NCBI GenBank assembly: GCA_902801125.1
Contig: CADCGT010000001.1
Location: forward strand, 97,101-161,100
Direction of reading: 5' to 3'
DNA length: 64,000 bases
Origin: an uncultured Pseudomonadota bacterium
GTDB lineage: Bacteria > Pseudomonadota > Alphaproteobacteria > Rs-D84
Positions 29,580 through 39,390 of the stretch are shown here, in pieces. The first letter of the stretch is position 1, and each line of letters opens with the position of its first letter. The position numbers and the translations under genes were made by a program. Below the pieces are notes generated by a model. The model saw only the letters and a list, made by a program, of their open reading frames with translations. It ran no database searches and was not told where the DNA came from.

Positions 29580-30410
29580 CTATACGCCGGATTTCTTGAA
29601 CCGCGTCGGAATATGAACAACCAATTTTAATCCAAACATTGCGGGTTTGTCGAATGCGTATATCGGGCGAAATATGCGTTGCATTATTCGTGCAATTTTT
29701 ATTGTGCGTTCGCCGCGTGCGTGTTTTTGTGTGACCGCGTTTATTGTCCCATTTCCACGCCGGCGCAGGTGGTTTACCCAATCGGGACCGCGGCGTTGCG
29801 CCTTGGTGACCAACATTTCCATATCGACCGCGCCAAAATGCATCAGATATAAATTTTTATCTATGTGAAAATTTGCGCCATGAACACTGTGGAAACCACT
29901 GCCCCAACGGGCGGGACGAAACAGGACAACCGGTTTTGTATATCGTGTCGACAGCAGGGCGTATTCGCGTTGCGCCAGCATCGGTTTCGTTGTGTCCAAT
30001 GTTTTTTCGGTTTTCATATTTTGTCCGACATCCATTCCTAGTCCTGATACCGTTGTTTTGTATTTTAATTCGGATAAATATTCGCGCAGTGTTTTTTTTG
30101 CGTCTGGGTCAACAATTAAAAATTCATCAGAATCGCAACCAATAACCACATCGTATTTTTTGAATAATTCGTTCGCCAAATCCGATATTTTCCCAATCCT
30201 GTATTTATCGCCGGCGATGCGCGACATTTCCGTGTGTGGCAATTTTATAATGTTTGCACCGGTTGCGTTTTTGGGTGCATCTTGGTCGGTGCCGTCCAAT
30301 ATTATATATAAATTTTTTATTCCTAATTCGCGCCCATAGTATTCAACCCAACGGGAAAGAAAAAATTCATCGTTCCGCGCCATTGTGATTGCGGCAATTT
30401 TTTTTATCAT
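29580..30410 (-). CDS. GT-A-fold glycosyltransferase (DxD motif)
   Basis: IAAITMARNDEFFLSRWVEYY and GCDSDEF motifs. Confidence 0.5.
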   Translation of the reverse strand: MIKKIAAITMARNDEFFLSRWVEYYGRELGIKNLYIILDGTDQDAPKNATGANIIKLPHTEMSRIAGDKYRIGKISDLANELFKKYDVVIGCDSDEFLIVDPDAKKTLREYLSELKYKTTVSGLGMDVGQNMKTEKTLDTTKPMLAQREYALLSTRYTKPVVLFRPARWGSGFHSVHGANFHIDKNLYLMHFGAVDMEMLVTKAQRRGPDWVNHLRRRGNGTINAVTQKHARGERTIKIARIMQRIFRPIYAFDKPAMFGLKLVVHIPTRFKKSGV

Positions 30411-31255
30411 TTCTTGTCCCCCATGATTTTATGACGCGCATACCGTAATTTGCGAATCAAGATTTTGAACGGATTTGATGTTATCAACAAATTCATATAC
30501 TCACGCCCATAAATCCGATTTGTGGTTTTGATAATTGCGTTTCTTGCGCGAACATCGGAATGTTTTAATATATATTTTATTTGACCGCCCGCCGCGCCAT
30601 CGTGCCGTATAAAGCATGCGCGTTTAATAAATGGACAACCGCGATTGAATAAATATTTTGGATAATTATATGTGGTGCGCCCCCATACAGTATAAACGCC
30701 ACCCCAGGTACATTTGTTATTTGTAATCGTCTGACTTAAACCATGTTCATATTTAACCGTGACACAATTTTTTGTTGGCTGGTTCTTCACAGAGGTTATA
30801 AATTTATCGAACCAATCAGATGTGGCGATTTTGTTATTTAATCGCACAAACCAAGATTCCATATATGCGTGTGTTCGGTGTTTCGATACAACCATTCCGG
30901 TCGCATCAGATTTAGTGGATTCCATTTTATTTAATACTTTTTTCATATCGCGCATTGGACCGAACACAGAATCATTTACCAAATAAATTTCATCATAATT
31001 TTTCAATATGCCTTTGTTGCGTGCGAATGTGTATGCGCGTTTATATGAACCAAAATCGTATTCGCCGTGACGCGTGGCCGTGATATGGATACAATATTTT
31101 CTTATTTTGTCGGTTTCGGGTTTCTTGGCATCGCAATCCATAACCAAAATTACATCGCCAAATTTATTTAACTGTTCGGCATAGTAAATAATTGCATCAT
31201 CGATGATACCGTTTGCATCATATCCGGCAAAAAGGAATAACCGTTTTGTTTTCAT
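30407..31255 (-). CDS. putative polysaccharide biosynthesis protein or glycosyltransferase (unassigned family)
   Basis: 4-nt overlap with the downstream glycosyltransferase. No confident family. Confidence 0.4.
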   Translation of the reverse strand: MKTKRLFLFAGYDANGIIDDAIIYYAEQLNKFGDVILVMDCDAKKPETDKIRKYCIHITATRHGEYDFGSYKRAYTFARNKGILKNYDEIYLVNDSVFGPMRDMKKVLNKMESTKSDATGMVVSKHRTHAYMESWFVRLNNKIATSDWFDKFITSVKNQPTKNCVTVKYEHGLSQTITNNKCTWGGVYTVWGRTTYNYPKYLFNRGCPFIKRACFIRHDGAAGGQIKYILKHSDVRARNAIIKTTNRIYGREYMNLLITSNPFKILIRKLRYARHKIMGDKK

Positions 31256-31325
31256 ATTTATATTAAATCAGATTTTTTTGATTTTTTCAACATTGTAAAA
31301 ACACCGGCGAACGCCGGTGTGATTT

Positions 31326-33167
31326 TTATATTTCGTCTTTGCCGCGGGCCAATTTTTTTCGTTTGCCACTGTCCAATTCTTTTTTGCGCAAACGAATTGT
31401 TGCCGGTGTGACTTCTACCAATTCATCGTCTTGGATATACGATAATGCTTCTTCCAAAGACATTTTGCGCGGCGGGGCAAGGAACAATTTTTCATCGGCG
31501 GTCACGCTGCGCACATTGGTCAATTCTTTACCTTTAATCGGGTTGACCTCTAAATCATTTTCTTTGCTGTGTTCGCCGATAATCATGCCTGAATAAACAT
31601 CGGTTCCGGGTCCGACAAACAATACACCACGCGGTTCAAGGTTGTGTAACGCGTATGTCGCGGTGGTGCCTTTTTCCATAGAAACCAAAACACCCGGACG
31701 GTATTGAACAATTGGACCGCGATATGTATCATATTTATCAAACACGCGATTCATAATTCCGGTGCCACGTGTATCGGTGCGGAATTCCGAAAGGTACCCA
31801 ATCAGACCGCGTGATGGCGCAGAAAACACTATGCGGGTTTTGCCGCCACCGGATGCCTTCATTTCGGTAATGGTTGCCTTGCGCTTTGTCATTTTTTCAA
31901 TAACAACGCCACTGAATTCATCGTCAACATCGACAACAACTTCTTCGATGGGTTCAAGTGTTTCGCCGTTTGGCCCCGTTTGCATAACAACACGCGGACG
32001 GGATACAGATAATTCAAATCCTTCGCGGCGCATCGTTTCAATCAATATACCCAATTGCAATTCGCCGCGACCGGAAACTTCAAAAGATTCTTTGTTTTCA
32101 CTTTGTGTGACGCGCAGGGCGATGTTGGTTTCGGCCTCTTTGAACAGGCGGTCGCCAATCATACGCGATGTCAATTTTTTGCCGCTTTGCCCCGCCAATG
32201 GCGATGTGTTCACAAAGAATGTCATGGTAAGGGTTGGTGGGTCAATCGGCATGGCCGGAATTGGGTCGGTCACTTCCGGTGCGCACAGGGTGTCCGCCAC
32301 GGTTGCCTTGGAAAATCCGGCAACAACAACTATGTCGCCCGCCGATGCGGAATCAAGCGAGACCTTTTCAATTCCGCGGTGTTCAATAATTTTTGTAATT
32401 TTGGCGTTTTCGATAAATTCGCCTTTCATGTTTATGGCCTTGACGCTTTGCCCGACGCGCACAGTTCCGGATTCTATTTTCCCGGTCAAAATGCGGCCGA
32501 CATAGGGGTCTGATTCCAGGGTTGTCGCCAACATAGTGAACGGTGCATCCAATTGACAACGTGTGCCGTTGCAATCTGGGGCCGGTACATGGTCCACAAT
32601 AAGTTGGAACAGCGGGGTCAAATCGCGGCGTTCATCGGTCAATTCGCGCACCGCCCAACCATCACGTCCACATGCATACAGGTACGGAAAATCCAATTGT
32701 GCATCGTCCGCGCCCAATTTATCAAACAGGTCAAATGTTTCGGACAGAACTTCGTCTGGGCGGGCATCGGCGCGGTCAATTTTGTTTATGCAAACAATCG
32801 GACGCAGACCCAATTTTAATGCCTTGGATAATACAAATTTTGTCTGGGGCAGGGGGCCTTCGGCACTGTCCACCAGCAAGACGACACCATCAACCATGGA
32901 TAAAATGCGTTCTACTTCGCCGCCAAAATCCGCGTGTCCCGGGGTGTCTACAATATTGATTTTATAATCGCGCCATGTAATGGATGTCGGCTTTGCCGAA
33001 ATGGTAATGCCGCGTTCGCGTTCGATGTCGCCACTGTCCATGACGCGGTCATCAACGCGTTCGTTTTCGCGGAATGTTCCCGCCTGTTTCAACATATTGT
33101 CAACCAAGGTTGTTTTCCCGTGATCAACGTGCGCGATAATCGCAATATTTCTTATTTTCATATACAT
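31326..33167 (-). CDS. typA: translational GTPase TypA/BipA
   Basis: AIIAHVDHGKTTL, EF-G-like domains and a TypA C-terminal domain. Confidence 0.9.
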   Translation of the reverse strand: MYMKIRNIAIIAHVDHGKTTLVDNMLKQAGTFRENERVDDRVMDSGDIERERGITISAKPTSITWRDYKINIVDTPGHADFGGEVERILSMVDGVVLLVDSAEGPLPQTKFVLSKALKLGLRPIVCINKIDRADARPDEVLSETFDLFDKLGADDAQLDFPYLYACGRDGWAVRELTDERRDLTPLFQLIVDHVPAPDCNGTRCQLDAPFTMLATTLESDPYVGRILTGKIESGTVRVGQSVKAINMKGEFIENAKITKIIEHRGIEKVSLDSASAGDIVVVAGFSKATVADTLCAPEVTDPIPAMPIDPPTLTMTFFVNTSPLAGQSGKKLTSRMIGDRLFKEAETNIALRVTQSENKESFEVSGRGELQLGILIETMRREGFELSVSRPRVVMQTGPNGETLEPIEEVVVDVDDEFSGVVIEKMTKRKATITEMKASGGGKTRIVFSAPSRGLIGYLSEFRTDTRGTGIMNRVFDKYDTYRGPIVQYRPGVLVSMEKGTTATYALHNLEPRGVLFVGPGTDVYSGMIIGEHSKENDLEVNPIKGKELTNVRSVTADEKLFLAPPRKMSLEEALSYIQDDELVEVTPATIRLRKKELDSGKRKKLARGKDEI

Positions 33168-33247
33168 AACCCTTTTTTTGACCCAAGGGTATAGATTATA
33201 CTATATTTTTACGTTTTCAACAAATTATAGTGTTTTTTCTTAAAAAA

Positions 33248-33275
33248 TTGACATTTTGCGCGGGTTTGGTATAAA
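33248..33275 (+). promoter_or_regulatory. sigma70-like promoter candidate
   Basis: TTGACA, a 16-nt spacer, then TATAAA, about 20 nt upstream of ORF 33293. Confidence 0.4.
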
Positions 33276-33292
33276 TGGGTTGAAAAAAGAGG

Positions 33293-33889
33293 TTGCAAAT
33301 GAATAAATTGCAAGAATTAAGAATAAAAGGAAAATTAAACCGTGTCTTGGCGGAAAAGCCAAATTCTACGGTTGAAATGTATGCGGTTATACGTTCTGTG
33401 TTGGCGTGGTTTTTTGATGCCGCAATGAAAGATACTGGAAAACAGAAATTGGATACTGCGGGCTGTGATACCGTGGTGCGGTCATTGGCATATATGAATG
33501 CGGTCGCAGAAAACCCGGAAAAATATTTTTCACGTGAATCTACAATTGCGGATTGGGATGCGCGTACGATGGAATATGCAAAAAAATACGGAATGCCGAC
33601 CGGTGACGGATACGATTTCCATGATTTTGTATGGAGTCCCGCAGATGTGGTACATATAAATACAACCAATGCAATATTTAATAATAAATTGTCGTGTGAA
33701 TACCGTGATTTTTGTAAATTGGTTATGAATTGGGAATATAATCGCACGTCGGGGAATAAACAAGAATTGGCGGTGTCAATGACGCAAGCCCAGGAAATCG
33801 TCCGTATAGCCAATAATATATTTGATAAAAAGAAACAAAATTTCTTTCAGCGTATGGTGGCCGGTTTTCGTTCCGCACGCGCACATTAA
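33293..33889 (+). CDS. hypothetical protein
   Basis: 198-aa ORF with promoter and terminator. No family recognised. Confidence 0.5.
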   Translation: MQMNKLQELRIKGKLNRVLAEKPNSTVEMYAVIRSVLAWFFDAAMKDTGKQKLDTAGCDTVVRSLAYMNAVAENPEKYFSRESTIADWDARTMEYAKKYGMPTGDGYDFHDFVWSPADVVHINTTNAIFNNKLSCEYRDFCKLVMNWEYNRTSGNKQELAVSMTQAQEIVRIANNIFDKKKQNFFQRMVAGFRSARAH

Positions 33890-33900
33890 AAAATGATTGT

Positions 33901-33931
33901 AAAAAAAAACCGCCCAAACGGGCGGTTTTTT
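33901..33931. terminator. bidirectional rho-independent terminator
   Basis: A9-ccgcccaaacgggcgg-T6 between convergent genes. Confidence 0.75.
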
Positions 33932-33934
33932 GTT

Positions 33935-35215
33935 TTAATGTTTGCCACCAATTTTGGTTCTGCCACCCATAAGTGGTTGCAATTTTTTCGGGATGCTGAC
34001 AGACCCATCGGCGTTTTGATGGTTTTCAATAATTGGCACCAATGCACGGGGCAGGGCGATTCCGGTGTTGTTCAATGTTGCAACAAATTTGACTTCGCCG
34101 GTCGCATTTTCGCGATAGCGTGTGTTTGTGCGACGTGCTTGGAATTGGCCGATGGACGAACAAGAACCCAATTCGCGGTATGCATTTTCTGATGGGAACC
34201 AGGCCTCGACATCGTTCATTTTAACTTTGTTGAATCCCATATCGCCGGTACTGTTTGCGATAACGCGATACGGCAATTCTAAATCTTCCACCACTTCGCA
34301 CAGGTTGTTTAACAAAAATTCGTGCATTTTATCACTTTCTTCGGGCCGACAGAAAATATACTGTTCCACTTTGTTAAAGTGATGAAAACGAACCAATCCG
34401 CGTGTATCGCGACCGGCGGCACCGGCCTCTTTGCGGAAACATGTTGAAAAACCGGCATATTTTATTGGTAATTCGTTTTCCGATAAAATTTCATCTGCGT
34501 GCAACGAGTTTAAAATTATCTCTGCGGTACCCGCCAAGCAACGGTCTGTGTCGGTTAACATAAACACGTCGTCGTTCATGACTGATAAATCGGAACCCAT
34601 AAAATGTCCAGCATTGAATATTGTTTGTGGCTTTGTTATAGGTGGACATTCAATGTATTTGAAACCTTTACTAATCAATTTTTGAATAACGTATGTTTGC
34701 ACCGCCAAAGATAATTCCGCCAATTCACCCGCCAATGCGTATGTGCGTGTGCCGCATATTCCTGCGATTTTTTCCGGCATCCACCAACCATTCATATCCA
34801 ACAATTCCCATTGTGGACGCGGGGTAAAATCAAATGTGCGTGGTGTGCCAACACGGCGGATTTCCACGTTTGCAGAATCATCGGCACCAATCGGAGCATC
34901 CGGGCTTGGTATTTGTGGAACGCGATGCAACAGGTCGGTAAGTATGGCTTCTTTATCCGCCAATTCCGCCATATCGTTTGCAATCTCTTCACTGATTTCT
35001 TTTGATTTTTTAATCAATGACGCCTTGTCCGATGCCGTTGGAATTTCGCGTGAAATTTTATTTTTTTCGGCGGTCTTGGTTTGGGTGATTGTCTTTAATT
35101 CGCGAACGCGCACATCCAAAGACAATATATCATCAACTACATCTGGAAAATTTTTAACCCGACAGGCATTTTTTACAATGTCCGGGTTTTCACGAATAAA
35201 TTTTATATCCAACAT
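33935..35215 (-). CDS. serS: seryl-tRNA synthetase
   Basis: MLDIKFIRENP start. Class II core motifs. Confidence 0.95.
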   Translation of the reverse strand: MLDIKFIRENPDIVKNACRVKNFPDVVDDILSLDVRVRELKTITQTKTAEKNKISREIPTASDKASLIKKSKEISEEIANDMAELADKEAILTDLLHRVPQIPSPDAPIGADDSANVEIRRVGTPRTFDFTPRPQWELLDMNGWWMPEKIAGICGTRTYALAGELAELSLAVQTYVIQKLISKGFKYIECPPITKPQTIFNAGHFMGSDLSVMNDDVFMLTDTDRCLAGTAEIILNSLHADEILSENELPIKYAGFSTCFRKEAGAAGRDTRGLVRFHHFNKVEQYIFCRPEESDKMHEFLLNNLCEVVEDLELPYRVIANSTGDMGFNKVKMNDVEAWFPSENAYRELGSCSSIGQFQARRTNTRYRENATGEVKFVATLNNTGIALPRALVPIIENHQNADGSVSIPKKLQPLMGGRTKIGGKH

Positions 35216-35233
35216 TTTTGCGTCCTTAATGTT

Positions 35234-36139
35234 TTATTGTGCGTTTTTGTTCAGGTATGCAATCGCGTCCATTGCCGCGGTGCAACCCGTGCCGACCGCC
35301 GTTGCGATCTGCATTTTAATATCCGAATGAACATCGCCCGCAACAAACATTCCCGCCGGTAATGCCCCGGGGGCAAGGCGGCCCATATCGTCGCGTTTAA
35401 TGTCTTCGGTTAGGTAATCTGTGTTTGCCTCGTGCCCAATGGCGACAAAGATTCCGTCACATACGATTTGTTCATCGTTCGTTGTTGTCGCAATCAATTC
35501 ACCGGTTTCGGAACCCGGACGCGATGCAATAGATTTTAATTCGGTGTTAAATACACATTCAATATTTTCTTTGGCCGCAACACGGTCGCGCAAGATTCCT
35601 TCGGCGCGGGTAAAAGACGATTTGCGATAAATGATTTTAACCGTTTTCGCAATGTCCGCCAAATACAGCGCATCGTTCAAGGCAGAATTTCCGCCACCGA
35701 TAACCAATACCGTTTTGTCGGTAAAGAAAAAACCGTCGCATGTCGCGCAATATGAAACACCGCGACCAAAGAATTCACGCGCACCTGCAATTTCTAATTT
35801 GCGTGGGGATGCGCCCGTCGCCAAAATAATACTGCGCGTTTCGTATTTATTGTTATGTGCGTCGGTAATAACAAATGTGCCGTCCGCACCATTCGTAATG
35901 TGTGCCGCCGTTTTCATTTCAACCCGCGCGCCGAACGATTCTGCCTGGGCACGCATAAATTCAATCAGTTCCAATCCCGAACCGCGCCACCCCGGATAAT
36001 TTTCAAGTTTCGCGATTCCCGCCGTTTGGCCACCCAATGTGTCGCCACCCATAACAAGCGTGTTCTTGTTCGCGCGGCCACAATAAATCGCCGCCGTCAA
36101 TCCCGCTGGGCCGGAACCCAATATAATAACATCATACAT
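35234..36139 (-). CDS. trxB: thioredoxin-disulfide reductase
   Basis: FAD site GSGPAG and redox-active CATCDG. Confidence 0.9.
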   Translation of the reverse strand: MYDVIILGSGPAGLTAAIYCGRANKNTLVMGGDTLGGQTAGIAKLENYPGWRGSGLELIEFMRAQAESFGARVEMKTAAHITNGADGTFVITDAHNNKYETRSIILATGASPRKLEIAGAREFFGRGVSYCATCDGFFFTDKTVLVIGGGNSALNDALYLADIAKTVKIIYRKSSFTRAEGILRDRVAAKENIECVFNTELKSIASRPGSETGELIATTTNDEQIVCDGIFVAIGHEANTDYLTEDIKRDDMGRLAPGALPAGMFVAGDVHSDIKMQIATAVGTGCTAAMDAIAYLNKNAQ

Positions 36140-36221
36140 TTTTTATCCCTTACTTTTCCTTTTCGTGCGTTCAACATACCACAAGTATGCCACGCGCGCC
36201 ACAAAAATTTGGTTATTATTC

Positions 36222-36713
36222 TTATTTGCCAAAATATTTTTTAAGTGTCTGGTATGCAGATGAAATTTTGGTAAATTCGTTGCCGGCCATGTTTGTGCCC
36301 GCGGTATCGGGGTGGTATTTCTTGGCCAATGCGCGATACCGGGTGCCGACTTCGCGCCAAGACGCCGTAATCGGTAAATCCAATGTGCGGAATGCCGCCG
36401 TTATATTGGCCGGGACAGATTTTTTCGGCGGCATTTTGTCAAATGTGCTGCGTCCCGTTATAAAATCGTTAAGGAATTTTATGTAATCGGCACTGTCTTG
36501 TTTAGAACGTTGTTTTATTGGTTCACCGAATGTTTGTCGTTCCCAATCTTCTTCGATTTCGTCCGGCGTCATGTCCGCATAGAAATTCCAATTTTTATTA
36601 TATTCGGCGGCATGTTCTTGGCAAAAATTCCAATATTCACGCAAATCGCGCGTTTTTGGCGCACGGCATGTGCCGGCCTTTTGGCAACCGGGAAAATCAC
36701 ATTTTTTTATCAT
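36222..36713 (-). CDS. J-domain protein with N-terminal Cys-rich region
   Basis: C-terminal J-domain with HPD (YRALAKKYHPDTAG). N-terminal CxxC-type motifs. Confidence 0.65.
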   Translation of the reverse strand: MIKKCDFPGCQKAGTCRAPKTRDLREYWNFCQEHAAEYNKNWNFYADMTPDEIEEDWERQTFGEPIKQRSKQDSADYIKFLNDFITGRSTFDKMPPKKSVPANITAAFRTLDLPITASWREVGTRYRALAKKYHPDTAGTNMAGNEFTKISSAYQTLKKYFGK

Positions 36714-37576
36714 TTGTTATGAACCTTGGTTTCAGAAAGTGGATGATGTTCGGCAACAACCGCCGCCAATTTTTCGGGCAACACATGCGTATAGATTTGT
36801 GTTGTTGAAATGTCTTCGTGTCCCAACATTGTTTGTATCGCGCGCAGGTTTGCCCCATGTGCCAAAAGGTGCGACGCGAACGAATGTCGCAGAACGTGTG
36901 GCGTGACGCGGTTTGGTTCAATCCCGGCAAGCACCGCACATTTTTTCAATATCTTGAAAAAACCATCGCGCGTAATGTGGCCCGCCGCCGAATTTGATGG
37001 GAATATAAATTCTGAATCATCGGGGGTGCGCAAAGATATCCATTTTTCTAATGCGTGTTGTGCGGCCTCGTGTATGGGGACAATGCGTTCTTTGGCGCCT
37101 TTGCCGTGAATCAATAATCGGTCACCAAGGTTCGCCGTCATCGGCAACGCGCACAGTTCCGATACGCGCAATCCCGCCGCATACATCAATTCAAGCATCG
37201 CGCGCAAACGCACCGATGTGCGAATGTCGCCCGCCGATGAAAGTAATAATTCGATTTCTTGGGGCGTAAGTAATTTTGGTAATGGTTTTGCGCGTTTTGG
37301 CAATTCTATATTTGTTGTTGGATTTGTCGTGATGATTTTTTCCAACATTAAAAATTTATAAAAACTGCGCAGGCAACTTGCCCGGCGTGCGATGGACGAT
37401 GGTTGCACATCGGCGTTGGATAAATACGATTGTATGTCGGATTCGGTTGCCCCCAAAAGTCCATTTGGCATCGCCGCGTCCGCGTGGTTCAGGTCATTCG
37501 CATACCCCGCAAGTGTGTTCGCACTGCGACCCTTTTCGGCGGACATGGCCTCAAGAAAAACATCTATGTAATTCAT
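36710..37576 (-). CDS. xerD: tyrosine recombinase XerC/XerD family
   Basis: C-terminal HVLRHSFA...LGHEDISTTQIYTHV catalytic motif. C/D paralogue not resolved. Confidence 0.8.
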   Translation of the reverse strand: MNYIDVFLEAMSAEKGRSANTLAGYANDLNHADAAMPNGLLGATESDIQSYLSNADVQPSSIARRASCLRSFYKFLMLEKIITTNPTTNIELPKRAKPLPKLLTPQEIELLLSSAGDIRTSVRLRAMLELMYAAGLRVSELCALPMTANLGDRLLIHGKGAKERIVPIHEAAQHALEKWISLRTPDDSEFIFPSNSAAGHITRDGFFKILKKCAVLAGIEPNRVTPHVLRHSFASHLLAHGANLRAIQTMLGHEDISTTQIYTHVLPEKLAAVVAEHHPLSETKVHNK

Positions 37577-37746
37577 GTTTTTATATATAGTGATTTATTG
37601 GTATAAAACAACTTCGGTCACATTTTGGGCGGGTGGAAAATATATTATCATCAAAACCAACAGTATAATGATAAGTGTCCACATAATAATTTTATTGCGT
37701 TTTGTATTCTTCTTTTTTAACGGCATCTTTGTTTCCTTTGTTTTTC

Positions 37747-38805
37747 TTAAATTGTGTCAAACCCGGCAATAAATATCCCGGCCGCAGATATGATAATAAG
37801 GGGGGGCGCAATAATCGCCAATAATGTCGGTAATGTCCCATTGGCCCCAAGGGCACTGAATATATTCAAAGTAAAATACAATACAAAGCATGTCAGTATC
37901 CCAAGGCTGAATTTTTTTCCAAAACTGTGATTGCGGCGTTGTCGGGTTTGTGAAAACGCGACGCCCAATGTTGCCATTGCGACCATGGTAAGCGGTAAAA
38001 ACAACAGTGTCCAAAATTGGACCAAATGGCCGCGCACCGATACGCCGATATCAGACATTTTCTTGATAAACATCGGCAATTTCCAAAATGAAATCTGGTC
38101 CGGTTGCAGGTATCGGTCCAAAACCGTTTGCGGGGTTATAAGTGTTTTGGTTTTCCATGGGCCAGTTTGTGTTTTGCCCGACGCGTCCAATATTGTTGCG
38201 CGGTCTGTGTTTAACCCGGCCACAGACAGTGTTATTTTGTCGGCGTCAATTCGGTTCGTCAATTTGAATTCATTGTTTTGAATGTAAATCGTTGTGTGAA
38301 AAAATTCCAATGCGTCACCGGTCTTGGTCATGTTTTTCGCAACCAGTGTTATAAAGCCATTATCCGAAGATTCACGCAACCATATTGCATCATCAACCAA
38401 TTTTAATTTTTCGTCTGTGATATTTTTTGAACCCAAAACTACTGCATACGGGTTTATAACCGTCGTCGCAATCACACCAATTAAAAAGGCACCGATTAAA
38501 AATGGTCGCGCCATTTGATACGGCGACAGGCCCGCGCCAGAAATAATAACGCCTTCGCTTGACCGGGTAAGACCGTAATATGCAACCAATGTTCCCATAA
38601 ACACCGCCAATGGTAAAAACAGTGGCACATATTCAATCAGGCGCACCCATGAATCATTCAGTGCCGCAAATATAGTTGGGTTGCGTGGCAATCTTTCAAC
38701 AAAGGTGACCGCAAAAATAATTCCGCACACGATAAGTAATACCAACCCCAATCCGCCAAAAAATCGGCGGAATAAAAATCGCGATAAAATTTTAACTTTT
38801 GCCAT
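37747..38805 (-). CDS. LPS export ABC permease LptF/LptG (YjgP/YjgQ family)
   Basis: 6-TM permease with a periplasmic beta-jellyroll insert. ATG chosen at 38805. The track start at 38856 is TTG. Confidence 0.75.
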   Translation of the reverse strand: MAKVKILSRFLFRRFFGGLGLVLLIVCGIIFAVTFVERLPRNPTIFAALNDSWVRLIEYVPLFLPLAVFMGTLVAYYGLTRSSEGVIISGAGLSPYQMARPFLIGAFLIGVIATTVINPYAVVLGSKNITDEKLKLVDDAIWLRESSDNGFITLVAKNMTKTGDALEFFHTTIYIQNNEFKLTNRIDADKITLSVAGLNTDRATILDASGKTQTGPWKTKTLITPQTVLDRYLQPDQISFWKLPMFIKKMSDIGVSVRGHLVQFWTLLFLPLTMVAMATLGVAFSQTRQRRNHSFGKKFSLGILTCFVLYFTLNIFSALGANGTLPTLLAIIAPPLIIISAAGIFIAGFDTI

Positions 38806-38910
38806 TTTGTGCCTGTGATATATAAAAAGTATAGACTGTTTAATTCCCAATTGCAAAATTAAAATGAATACTTATAATATTCGGGTAAAAAATAACAGGG
38901 AATTATAAAA

Positions 38911-39381
38911 ATGGAAAAGAAACCAATATCGAAACAGGGTTTTGAAGCCCTGGTCAAGGAACTTAAACAATTACAAGAAGTTGACCGCCCGGAAATATTA
39001 AAGGTTGTGCAATGGGCGCGTTCCTTGGGGGATTTGTCGGAAAACGCCGATTACAGTGCCGCCCGTGAAAAACAACGCGAAATAGATAAACGCATTCAAT
39101 ATATTGAAAACTTTATAAATAATGCGTCGGTCATAGATGTTGACAACCTTTCGGGGGACCGGGTTGTGTTTGGTGCGCGTGTGGTATGCGAAGACGAAGA
39201 TGGTAATCGTATGCAATGCCGCATATTGTCCGACATAGAATCCGATGGAAAACAGGTTATATCATGTACTTCGCCGGTTGGGCGCGCGTTGATTGGACGT
39301 TGCGTTGGTGACACATGTGTCGTTCGGTTGCCGTCCGGTGAACGCGAATACGAAATTCTGGAAGTTAAATTCAAAGAATAG
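38911..39381 (+). CDS. greA: transcription elongation factor GreA
   Basis: Coiled-coil N-domain and FKBP-like C-domain. Confidence 0.9.
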   Translation: MEKKPISKQGFEALVKELKQLQEVDRPEILKVVQWARSLGDLSENADYSAAREKQREIDKRIQYIENFINNASVIDVDNLSGDRVVFGARVVCEDEDGNRMQCRILSDIESDGKQVISCTSPVGRALIGRCVGDTCVVRLPSGEREYEILEVKFKE

Positions 39382-39390
39382 GAATAAATT

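Noticed and set aside
31762-32967. Plus-strand ORFs inside typA
   Set aside because: Antisense to the conserved TypA gene.
34743-35999. Plus-strand ORFs antisense to serS and trxB
   Set aside because: They overlap two strongly supported minus-strand genes. No recognisable domains.
38806-38856. Longer lptF/G start at 38856
   Set aside because: The codon at 38856 is TTG with no RBS. The in-frame ATG at 38805 was used instead, with low certainty.
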